Assembly (NCBI GenBank): GCA_965112735.1
Contig: OZ218965.1
Location: forward strand, 620,001 to 684,000
Length of the DNA stretch: 64,000 bases
From: Phaeosaccion multiseriatum
Taxonomy: Eukaryota; Protista; Ochrophyta, other classes
Reading direction: 5' to 3'
Shown here: positions 39,101-49,900 of the stretch, piece after piece
Layout of the letters: every line of letters begins with the position of its first letter
How positions within the stretch are numbered: the first letter of the stretch is position 1
Program-made: the position numbers and the translations under genes
Notes under the pieces: generated by a model
The model's input: the letters and a program-made list of their open reading frames with translations, nothing else
Told to the model about the DNA's origin: nothing
Database searches by the model: none

Positions 39101-39363
39101 CACCAACGCCGCAGCCGAAGTCATCCCCGCCCTCGAGGCTCAGCTCAGAGACAAACAAGCCGATCTCACCACCATGAAGAGCAAGAACAAGGAGCTCGAG
39201 GCGGCAGTCGCCATCCGTAAGGAAGATGTAGACATCGCCATTGCGCGCTTCCTCAAGAAGGAGGGCGTGGAGAACGAGCAGAGAGTGTTCCTGGGTGGGC
39301 TGGTGGAGAGTGTGGAAGGGCTGGAGGCGGAGGTCCATCAGTGGCTGGCAGAGGAGCGGAAAC

Positions 39364-39405
<42 letters not shown>

Positions 39406-42400
39406 GTGTGTGTGCGTGCCCGTGTGCGTATATGTGTGTGCGCGTGCGTGTGTGTCTCTCTCTGTGTGTGGGGAGAAACGCCATCGATGCACTTTCCCAT
39501 ACCCTCATTCGCACCGCCCCCCCCCCCCCCCCAAACAGGAGAAACTCATGAACCTTCTTTCAGCGCAGCGAGAGATCAAGGCCAACGAATCCATGCGAGC
39601 GGAGCAAACGGAGAAGGAAACACGAGAGCAGGTACCCTCCCTCGGTCTGCTGTGCACCTCCTCTCCATCTGCTGGAGCCCTTCTCGATCTCCTGCTGTCC
39701 TTTCGAAACTCACTGCATCATGCGCCATCCTTTACCATCCCCTCCCCCCCCTCCTCTTCTCAACGCTCTACAGGTTAAGATCAAGCAGCTCGTGATTGTG
39801 GACCTCATGAAGCGATACAATGACGTCACCAATCGCCTCAAGGAGTTCTCAGCGCTCTACGACGTCGTCAAGAACGAGAGGTGAGAGAGAAGGAGAGGGA
39901 GGGAGAAGAGGGAGAAGAGGGAGAAGAGGGAGAAGAGGGAGAGAAGGAGGGAGAAGAGGGAGAGAGGGAGAGAGGGAGAGCGGGAGAGAGGGAGGGAGAA
40001 GAGGGAGAAGAGGGAGAGAAGGAGAGAGGGAGAGCGGGAGAGAGAGAGGGAGAAGAGGGAGAGAAGGAGAGAAGGAGAAGACAGAGAGGGAAAGACAGCG
40101 AGACAGGAGGAGACAAATACAGAGCGAGACCCTCCTCCGCCCCCCACCCCCCCTTCCCCTCGCCTCTCCATGCCGATCCCAACACTCGCTCTCGCTGCCC
40201 TGTTCTTTTCTACTCTGTTCTCCTCTTCTCCTCTTCTCCTGCTCTCCTCTATTCTACTCTGTTCTCCTGCTCTCTTGCTCTCCTCTTTTCTACTCTGTGC
40301 TGCTCTCCTCTGCTTGGTCAGGAATAAGTACGTGAATTTGATCCAGGCGAGCAACCAGGCCCTCGCCGAGATGAAGGAGAAGATCAAGATTCTGCACAAT
40401 GAGGTAGACATTCTCAGGAACGAGGTAAGAGAAAAAGCTCTGCAGGCATCTCGACTCGAACGCTCTCTCTCTCTCTCTCTTACCTATCTGTATATATGTT
40501 CGCACCTACCTCTACTTCTCTATATACCTCTCTTTTCTCCCCCGTCCGACAACTTCGTACACCTTCGATGCCGGGGTGTGTCTCGCCCTTGCTGCTCGAC
40601 TGACTCTCCTCTTCTGCTCACCACCACCCTCCTCAGAGTGCCGCGAAAGACAAGGCTCTTCAAAAGGAGAAGGCCGCCCACACCACGAGCCAGCAGCAGA
40701 GGGACGCCCTCCGCCTGGACACCAACAAGGCCATGGCGCAGTACAGGGAGCGGCAGAGCGTGGTGGAGCAGCAGATCATGGACATTCAGAAGCTCAACAG
40801 CGCCATCAACGGCCTCGAGAGAGACATGCTCGCCCTCAAGGCCAAGTGAGTGAATAGTGCCATGGGGTGCCATCTGTCTGCTATGTGTCATGGATTGCCA
40901 TATGCCATTTGCCTCGGTTGTAGCCGACAGAGAAGCTCGCGAAGGAACCGCCCAAGGGCAAGCAGAGACCGATGATGACATGGGGCTCTCCTCGTGCTTA
41001 CTTGTCCCCCACTCCTGGATGGATGGATGGATGGATCCGATGGGATGGATGCATCCACCGGTAGAGAGAGAGAGGCTCCCCACCCCACTCCTCCAGCGTT
41101 GGCACTGACAAGCGCTAACAAACGCCTCCTCCCCCGCTCTCCTCCCTCCCTCCCTCCCTCCCTCCCTCCCCCGCTCTCCTCCCTCCCTCCCTCCCTCCCT
41201 CCCTCCCTCCCTCCCTCCCTCCCCCGCTCCCTCCCTCCCTCCCTCCCTCCCTCCCTCCCTCCCTCCCTCCCTCCCTCCCTCCCTCCCTCCCTCCCTCCCT
41301 CCCTCCCTCCCTCCCTCCCTCCCTCCCCTCCCTCCCTCCCCCCTCCCTCCCTCCCTCCCTCCCTCCCTCCCTCCCTCCCCTCCCTCCCTCCCTCCCTCCC
41401 TCCCTCCCTCCCTCCCTCCCTCCCTCCCTCCCTCCCTCCCTCCCTCCCTCCCTCCCTCCCTCCCTCCCTCCCTCCCTCCCTCCCTCCCTCCCTCCCTCCC
41501 TCCCTCCCTCCCTCCCTCCCTCCCTCCCTCCCTCCCTCCCTCCCTCCCTCCCTCCCTCCCTCCCTCCCTCCCTCCCTCCCTCCCTCCGTCCGTCCCCCCT
41601 CTTGCCAGGTACGAGGGCGCAGTAGAGAGCCGCAACTTCATGGGTGTGCAGCTCATCGATCGCAACGACGAGCTGTGCATCTTGTACGAGAAGGCCAATC
41701 TGCAGGAGGCAACGCTCACGGAGGGCGCCATGGCCATTCACAGGAAGGGAGAGGACCTTCGCATGCTCCGGATACAGGTGCGTGCGTGCGTGTGTGCGTG
41801 TGTGTGTGCGAGTGCGTGTGTGCGTGTGCGTACGTGTGTGTGCGTGTAGAGAAGAGTAGTGCGGAGCAGCTCGGTGCTCGTCGATGTCATTTCGCGCATC
41901 ATAACGCGCTATGGCTCGGTCTCTGCCCGACCGAAGGTGGAGGGGTGGAGGGGTGGAAGGATAGGATAGAGGGGTGGAGGGGTGGAAGGATAGGATAGAG
42001 GGGTGGAGGGATGGAAGGATAGGATAGAGGGGTGGAGGGGTGGAAGGATAGGATAGAGGGGTGGAGGGATGGAAGGATAGGATAGAGGGTGGAGGGGTGG
42101 AAGGATAGGATAGAGGGGTGGAGGGATGGAAGGATAGGATAGAGGGGTGGAGGGGTGGAAGGATAGGATAGAGGGGTGGAGGGGTGGAAGGATAGGATAG
42201 AGGGGTGGAGGGGTGGAAGGATAGGATAGAGGGGTGGAGGGGTGGAAGGATAGGATAGAGGGGTGGAGGGGTGGAAGGATAGGATAGAGGGGTGGAGGGG
42301 TGGAAGGATAGGATAGAGGGGTGGAGGGGTGGAAGGATAGGATAGAGGGGTGGAGGGGTGGAAGGATAGGATAGAGGGGTGGAGGGGTGGAAGGATAGGA

Positions 42401-45400
42401 TAGAGGGGTGGAGGGGTGGAAGGATAGGATAGAGGGGTGGAGGGGTGGAAGGATAGGATAGAGGGGTGGAGGGGTGGAAGGATAGGATAGAGGGGTGGAG
42501 GGGTGGAAGGATAGGATAGAGGGGTGGAGGGATGGAAGGATAGGATAGAGGGGTGGAGGGATGGAAGGATAGGATAGAGGGGTGGAGGGGTGGAAGGATA
42601 GGATAGAGGGGTGGAGGGGTGGAAGGATAGGATAGAGGGGTGGAGGGGTGGAAGGATAGGATAGAGGGGTGGAGGGATGGAGGGGTGGAGAGGTGACCCC
42701 AGTGACGTGAGAGGACCGAGCGAGTCATGTAACGCTCCTCTTGCCTGACTTCTCGACTGCCCAAGTCCTTGAAGGGAGGCTTGACCTCAACCTCCCCCCC
42801 CATCTGAGCTCCCACCCACCCCTCCCTGACCCCTCCCCTCCCCTCTGAACTGCCCCTCCCCCCCCTCAGGTGAAGGAGCTGGGGCGGCGCCTCGAGGTGA
42901 CGCATAAGAAGATGCCCGGCGTGCCCGAGACGGTGGAGAGCATCCTCACCATGCAGCAGGAGCTCGCGGAGGAGAGAGCCAAGGTGGACCAGTACAGGTG
43001 GGTAGTACGTCAATGGGTGGGTGGCTGGGAGGGTGGGTGGGTAGTACGTCAATGGTTGGGTGAGTAGGTGGCCGTGCATGTATGTGTGTGGGCGGGCTGG
43101 GTAGGTGGGCACCCCCGCAACAGCGCACTCACTCCTATCTTGTCTTCTCCTTCTCCCTCCCTCCTCCCCCTCCTCCCCCTTCTCCTCCGCCTCCTCCCTC
43201 CCTTAGCGCCGAGCTGGAGGACCCTGCCAACGGCTCGCGGTGGAGGGCCTTGGAGGGGGAGGATCCCGAGCCAGAGCAACTCAAGGCCAAGATACGGGTG
43301 AGGAAGGTTGGGACACTTGTTGGGGGGGAGGAAAGGGTTGGGCGAGGAGAAGAAGAAGAAGGAGGAGGAGGAGGAGTCTGTCGAAGTCACTGCTCCCATC
43401 AATCGGAAGGGGGACGGGGAGCAGAGCAGAAGCAGCAGGACAGCGGTTCGAGTTTCAGCCTCATTGAGATGGTCCTCTTATCCCTTCTCATGCCCTCCCC
43501 CCCCTACCTAAGGTGCTGGAGGAGAGACTGAGTGAGAAGAAGGAGCAGCTGCTGGAGAAGGAGCTTGTCCTGGAGGAGGTAGGTCAGGCAATGAGCGTGA
43601 ATGAGGCCGAGCAGCAAGCAGCCTGGAGCCTCTGCTCTCAACTCCTGCCACTTTCCTGTGGGGCCGATGCTACCGCGATGTCCTGCATCGTTGGCAGCAG
43701 TCTGTGCGTGCCTGTCTCTGTGTCTATGTGTGTGTCTGTTTGTGTGTGCTGCGCTGGTATGTGTGTATCCGTGAGTCTGTACGTACTGCGTGTGTGTGCG
43801 TCTGTGTGTGTGTGTCACCCACTCCCAACACCCCCCCGTAACCGCCCTGCTGCATAGGTGACGACGCTGACGGAGAAGCTGCGAAACGAGGCCAACATGG
43901 GGCGAGAGACGACGCTCGAACTCGCCAAGAAAGTCAACGAGTTTCAGGGAAAGATCAGGGACACCACGCGCAGAATGGTAAGAGATAGGAGAGAGGAGAG
44001 AAGAGAGAGGGGGGAGGGGAGGGGAGGGGAGGGGAGGGGAGGCATGGACTCGGAGAATGGCAGGATAGAGGAGAGAGGAGGAGGGGGGAGGGGAGGGGAG
44101 GGGAGGGGAGGGGAGGGGAGGCATGGACTCGGAGAATGGCAGGAGAGAGGAGAGAGGAGAGGGGGGAGGGGAGGGGAGGGGAGGGGAGGGGAGACATGGA
44201 CTCGGAGAATGGCAGGAGAGAGGAGAGAGGAGAGGAGAGAGGAGAGAGGGGAGGGGAGGGGAGGGGAGGCATGGACTCGGAGAATGGCAGGAGAGAGGAG
44301 AGAGGAGAGGGGGGAGGGGAGGGGAGGGGAGGGGAGGGGAGGGGAGGCATGGACTCGGAGAATGGCAGGAGAGAGGAGAGAGGAGAGGGGGGAGGGGAGG
44401 GGAGGGGAGGGGAGACATGGACTCGGAGAATGGCAGGAGAGAGGAGAGAGGAGAGGGGGGAGGGGAGGGGAGGGGAGGGGAGGGGAGGGGAGGCATGGAC
44501 TCGGAGAATGGCAGGAGAGAGGAGAGAGGAGAGGGGGGAGGGGAGGGGAGGGGAGGGGAGGGGAGACATGGACTCGGAGAATGGCAGGAGAGAGGAGAGA
44601 GGAGAGGGGGGAGGGGAGGGGAGGGGAGGGGAGGGGAGGCATGGACTCGGAGAATGGCAGGAGAGAGGAGAGAGAAGAGGGGGGAGGGGAGGGGAGGGGA
44701 GGGGAGGGGAGGGGAGGCATGGACTCGGAGAATGGCAGGAGAGAGGAGAGAGGAGGAGGGGGGAGGGGAGGGGGCGTTGACTCGCAGACTTGTAGGAGAA
44801 GAGAGGGGAGGACAGGCATTCATTGCTGGGATATGGTGATGTCCATCCATTCAACTGAAGATGGGACAAGCAAGGGGTGTCGAAAAGAGGGAGGGATCTG
44901 ATCCGTTTGTCTCATGTGTGCGATGTCGCTCTCTTGAAACCCCGTACCTATCTATCCACAGATGGCGACTGTGAGTGAGCTGTCCATGCACCAGGCAACC
45001 GCCATGAAGCTCCAGCAAGAGAAGATCTCCAGGGAGAAGGAGGTCGAGGAGGCCACTTGGAGGCTCCAAAATGATCAGGTGCGTGGTGTTGATTGATCAT
45101 GTGACGTTGGTTCTTCACGTTGTCGTCGTTGTTGTTGTTTCTGTCGGTTCCTGCTGTCTTGGTCGTTGTTGTTGGAAGTTGTTGTCCGTCGTCTTGTCTG
45201 TCCCTGCGCAGGGTGGAGGGGGAGAAGCCCCCACCCCGATCAGATTGCGCGCTTCGCTACATGCAAGGGCATGACACCGCACCACTCTCCTCTCTCCACA
45301 CCAGCGAGCTTTACTGATGCCTCCCCCCTGCCCTGTGCACACACCAACACCACGAAACACACACCACTCACGCACCACCGAACCACACCACACCACACAT

Positions 45401-45820
45401 CTCACCCCACTACACCGTACCCACACACACCACACCCCATCCACTGCCATCCCACACAATCCCATCCCAACCGCTGCCATCCACTGCCATCCCACACAAC
45501 CCCACCCCATCCACTGCCATCCCACACCCCTTTAGGTTCCCTCGGAGGACGCCGAGCGTGAGTGGGTTCGCATCCTCCGAGACCAAGCCAACGCCGACGC
45601 CGCGAGGTGGGAGACAGGCGAGAGCCCCGCGGGGAGTGGCTCCGCGTGGAAGCCCCCCAGTCTGGTGCGCACGACGGCCGAGCCCCGTCCGAACGCGTAC
45701 ATTCCCGACGAATTGGGCATCCCCAAGCCCTACGGGGCCCTCGCGCCGTTCAAGCCCACGGAGGCGGGCAGCACCATGCGGTTCATGCGACCACCCAACC
45801 CGCAGGAGATCGAAATCTAG
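36187..45820 (+). CDS. CCDC146: Coiled-coil axonemal protein CCDC146/MBO2, many exons
   Basis: VKNERNKYVNLIQASNQALAEMKEKIKIL, GVQLIDRNDELCILYEKAN, LEDP..RWRALEGEDP and C-terminal RTTAEPRPNAYIP..IPKPYGALAPFKP..IEI*. Confidence 0.92.
41140..41586 (+). repeat. (CCCT)n microsatellite in a CCDC146 intron (similar tracts at 38960-39047 and 51981-52263)
   Basis: Seen directly; this tract lies just upstream of an AG acceptor. Confidence 0.95.
41937..42690 (+). repeat. G-rich 29-bp intronic minisatellite, about 25 copies
   Basis: Unit GGGGTGGAGGGGTGGAAGGATAGGATAGA in tandem. Confidence 0.95.
43990..44775 (+). repeat. About 70-80-bp purine-rich intronic minisatellite, about 10 copies
   Basis: Core CATGGACTCGGAGAATGGCAGGA followed by variable (GGAGA)/(GGGGA) runs. 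Confidence 0.93.
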
Positions 45821-46281
45821 TAGTTGGAGGCGGCGGGGGTGTTGTCGTTGTAGCGGGAGGAATGAAGGGAGGGAGGAACATACATGTAGGGGGGGAGATC
45901 GGCTTTGTATTCCCGACACCAACAATCAAACTCTCGCTCACACCACACAAGCAGGGTCTATTCTCTCTCCTCTTGATTCTCGTCTCTTTCTTTTCTTCCT
46001 GCGGGAGAGATCGTACTTACGGCCTATGGTTTGCCTAAGGAGAAGGCAACGCTGCAGAAAAGGGCAGCGCTGGAAAAGGAAAGATTACAGCAGGCTAAGA
46101 GAGTTCACTCACCTCCAAGACACCACCGTTTTAGAGACACCCAAACGCCCCCTCCCCCCCCCCCTTCCACCCCAAACTACTGTCTTAGCGAGTTTGAACA
46201 TGCGCATCGTGTTGCCCTCGTCGAAACAAGGCGAATGCCGGCATCGCTGCCTCCTGCAACCTCTATCAAGTTCAGTTCTAT

Positions 46282-46406
46282 TCGACCCCTGACGTGATTC
46301 TGAGGGAGGGCGCCGAGAAGAACGAATCACGCCTGTAGCGGTGCACAGAATCACGAATCACAGAATGACGACTCACGCCTCCCTCAGAATCACGTCAAGG
46401 GGGTTA
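46282..46406. mobile_element. Putative degenerate MITE/foldback with termini related to the element at 12471
   Basis: Left TCGACCCCTGACGTGATTCTGAGGGAGG pairs with right CCTCCCTCAGAATCACGTCAAGGGGG. Internal GAATCAC repeats; no clear TSD. Confidence 0.55.
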
Positions 46407-46927
46407 GAGCGTGTAGAGGCCTAACAAACTGAAACTCCTGTTCCTTACGTAAGGGCCATGCGGGTCTTACATAAGGGTGTCTTGCAGCCCAGAGGGCCCT
46501 CCCTCCCCCCCCCTTAAGTGCCTCTATCCCCGAGTTGAGCAGTTCTGGTTACGCGTCCCAGGTAGGGGTGGGTAAGGGGATTGCAACAAGGCCCTCAGCA
46601 TCTTTGGTAACATTCGTGGCTAGGTGTTTTGAGTGAGCTCTCTTAACAAAAAAAAGGAACTCCTCCTTTTTCCGTTAAAATAATAAAAGAAGAAATGAGG
46701 AAGAAAGAGGGAAAAAAAAGAAGAACGTACTAAAAGTAATTATCATTAACTCCGCCCCAACTCCTCCATCATTGTTGTCCCAACTTCTCCCTTCCCTACG
46801 TGCTTTGGCACAACGTGTCATTTGCGTCCAACGGTGTGCGCGGCATGGTCAGGCTACGCACGCTCTTATTGCTTTGTTTATCATACGTGGCGGGCTGGTG
46901 CCTTTTAAAAGCGAACAATAAGTGAGG

Positions 46928-49900
46928 ATGGATGGTGAAGGAGGGGACCACGATGCCCTGGGAGAAGTGACGCCCGGGGAGACAGCAGCAGCGGCGGCAG
47001 CCGCCGCAGCAGTAGGCAAAGGGGATGACCGGAAGACAAAGCCTCTCCTCCCCGGCCACGCCAAGAACGGAAAAGGCAGTCGTGGAGGTCCAATTGGGGT
47101 GACACAACTCTTGTGGGGGCGAGACTCTTCAGCAGCAGACGATGAACAGGAGAAAGAAGCCGTGACGTCTCCGGGCAGACAACAACGAGGCGGAATCGGC
47201 GCAGGAGTCGCGGCCTCTTCTTCTCTCGCTCCTCTGTTGGGAAGGGCTCAAGAGGTTGTTGCTGAGCTCGGCGACAAGCCCTTTGCCTTTTGGTACGATG
47301 GCAAGGGCAAAGAGGCGGAGAGGTACAGCTTCAGACGTATGTGGGATGAGGTAAGAGGGGCCGCAAGACTTGAAAAAACCCTTCAAATGCCTACTTGTAG
47401 ATATCCATCTATCCTGGCTGCTCTGTCTGCAAGTCCCAGCCTGCTACTTCTCGTCTTGCACCCTCAGCCATCCCCCTATCCTCCTGGCCTGGCTCGGCTT
47501 TGCTGTGTTTCTGCCGTATCTTTTGGGGTGCTAACTGAGTCACTGTGTTTTCTTTCTCCCCTTCGTCTCCCCCAGGCGGGCAACATTGCCTACATGCTGC
47601 GCGAGGAGTGGGGCGTGCCCAAGGGGGCCATGGTGGTGCTGTGCTACGGGCCGGGCCTGCACTTCTTCGCCGCCTTCCTGGGCTGCCTGAGAGCGGGCGT
47701 GGTGGCGGTGATGGTTTACCCGCCCGCTCCTCCGCTGGCTACGTCCCTCCCCAAGATGAGCAAGATCGTGGCGGACTGTCAGCCCCTGCTGTGCCTCACC
47801 GACTCCATCATCGCAGCTCTGCGCAGAGTGGACAGGGCCAATCCACTCTCTGACTCGCGCAAGCTGTGGCCTGCGGACCTCGACTTTAAGGCTACAGATG
47901 GGGGGCTGCTCCGGAGCTTCTTCTCCTCCTCGTCCTCAGCGAGGAGCTTTGACGAGCCGAGCATGACCGAAGAGGACCTGGCCTTCCTGCAGTACACCAG
48001 TGGCTCCACCGGCAACCCCAAGGGCGTCATGGTGACCTTTCGTGCACTCATGGCCAACGTGTACCTCATGGCGGGCCACATTGAGCAAGTCGTGCGGAGA
48101 AAGGGGGCTCGGACAAGGAAGGAGGAGGAGACGAAGGATTCGACCGCACCTGTTGGTTCACAAGAGAAGCAGCAGAACCTCAGGGGGCTGTGTCTGCAGA
48201 CGGCAGCAAGAAGGGAGGGTCTTCAGGTTTGCACCCTGCCGGCGCGAGGCCTCTCTTGGTTGCCGCAATACCATGTGAGTGAGTGAGTGAGTGAGTGAGT
48301 GAGTGAGTGAGTGCGTGAGTGAGTGAGTGAGTGAGTGAGTGAGTGAGTGAGTGCATGAGGGAGGGAACTATATCCCTTGAATGAGGGAGGGAACTGCATC
48401 CCTCTTGTTGAGAGAAAGTGGCAGATCTGGTAGACGATGCTTCTTATGGCAAGCGAGAGAAGGATCAATACACGATTGTTTGTAGCTGTATGTTGGGGGC
48501 GAAAGAGGAAGGAGGATAAGGACGCGCTCCATGCATGATATCGAGTCACAGCACAGACGTTACACCTCTCCTGTACGCCTCTTCCCCTCGTTGCTGTCCC
48601 ACCCCCCCCATCACAGGATATGGGTCTTGTGGTTGGCCTTATGGGCCCCTTCCTGACTGGCCAGTGTATGCACTACATGTCCCCCGTGAGCTTCATCAAG
48701 CGCCCCTTGCTCTGGCTGGAGCTCATCTCTCGGCACCGCGTGGAGTGGTCCGTCGCACCCGACTTCGCCTACGCCCTCTGTGCCCGCAATATGGCCAAGG
48801 TGCGCGGCACTCGCAAGGAGCCCGCTCTGGACTTGTCCAGCGTGGTGTCACTCATCAACTCAGCAGAGCCGATTCGGAGAGAGACCATTGAGAGGTTCGA
48901 AGAAGCCTTCCGCCCCCACGGCCTCTCAGACAGGTATGACGGGCGGCAGCGAAGAGCCCCCCGCTGCTCATTTGCCTTCTCCCCCCCTCTGCTTGCACCC
49001 TTTCGCTTGAGAGGGGGAAGTATTGCTCGGCCTCTCCGTCTTGTGCGCCAGACTAATACCCTCGCCTGACGTTGTCGCCTCCTTTGCTCAGGTGGTTCTC
49101 GTCGGCCTACGGCTTGGCTGAGCATGTGGCATCAGGTACGTGTCGCTCTTGTGGTGCTTGCTTACTCAATGATTGCTGCATTGTTTTGTTCTTTGTTTTT
49201 GCTGACTCTTCCACCCCTACCTTCTCTGTACTCTGTGTGTGCTCATTTGGCTCTTGTCTTCGACGGGACCAGCCTGCTCGATCGACTCTCTGTACCGCTC
49301 CTCCTCGCGGCCGGAGCTCACCAGCGTCGGCTCCCCGAGCGAGAGAGCCGACTTTGTGGACTTTCGAGTAGTTGACCCCGATAGCATGGTCGAGGTCAAT
49401 GAAGCGGGCGCGGTGGGAGAGCTGTGGATTTCCTCTCCCTCTGTCGCCGCCGGATACTGGGGCAAGCCCGAGCTTTCGAAGGAGGTGTTCCAGGGGGAGC
49501 TCTCTCTTCACGATGGGGCCGGGGGCAGTGACAGCTTGCCTCCTCGCCAGTACCTGCGGACAGGTGACTTGGGTTTTGTGGAAGAGGGGCTGCTGTATAT
49601 CTGCGGCCGCATCAAGGACCTCATCATCTTCAACGGGGTTAACCACTACCCGCAGGACGTCGAGTTCGCTGTGCAAGAGGCGTCTGACGCTGTTCGGCAG
49701 GGCTGCATTGCGGCCTTCTCCTCCGACGAGACGGGAGGGGACGGCGTGCTGGAGGTGGTGTTTGAGATCCGGCAGGAGCGAGAGAGCGAGGCCCAGGCAG
49801 TGGTGGAGGCTGCTCAAGCCGCCTTGTCGTCCTCCTTGGGTCTCAGAGCGGCGAAGGTGGTGGCCATCAAGCAGAAGACCATCCCCAAGACCACGAGCGG

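Noticed and set aside
43990-44775. CRISPR-like conserved core with variable spacers
   Set aside because: The spacers are only length variants of GGAGA/GGGGA runs, not unique sequence.
40520-44901. Long ORFs such as 41115-43112, 40994-41998 and 43504-44850
   Set aside because: They are translations of stop-free micro- and minisatellites inside CCDC146 introns.
46031-46297. 88-aa ORF downstream of CCDC146
   Set aside because: Non-ATG start, no homology recognised, and it ends inside the foldback element.
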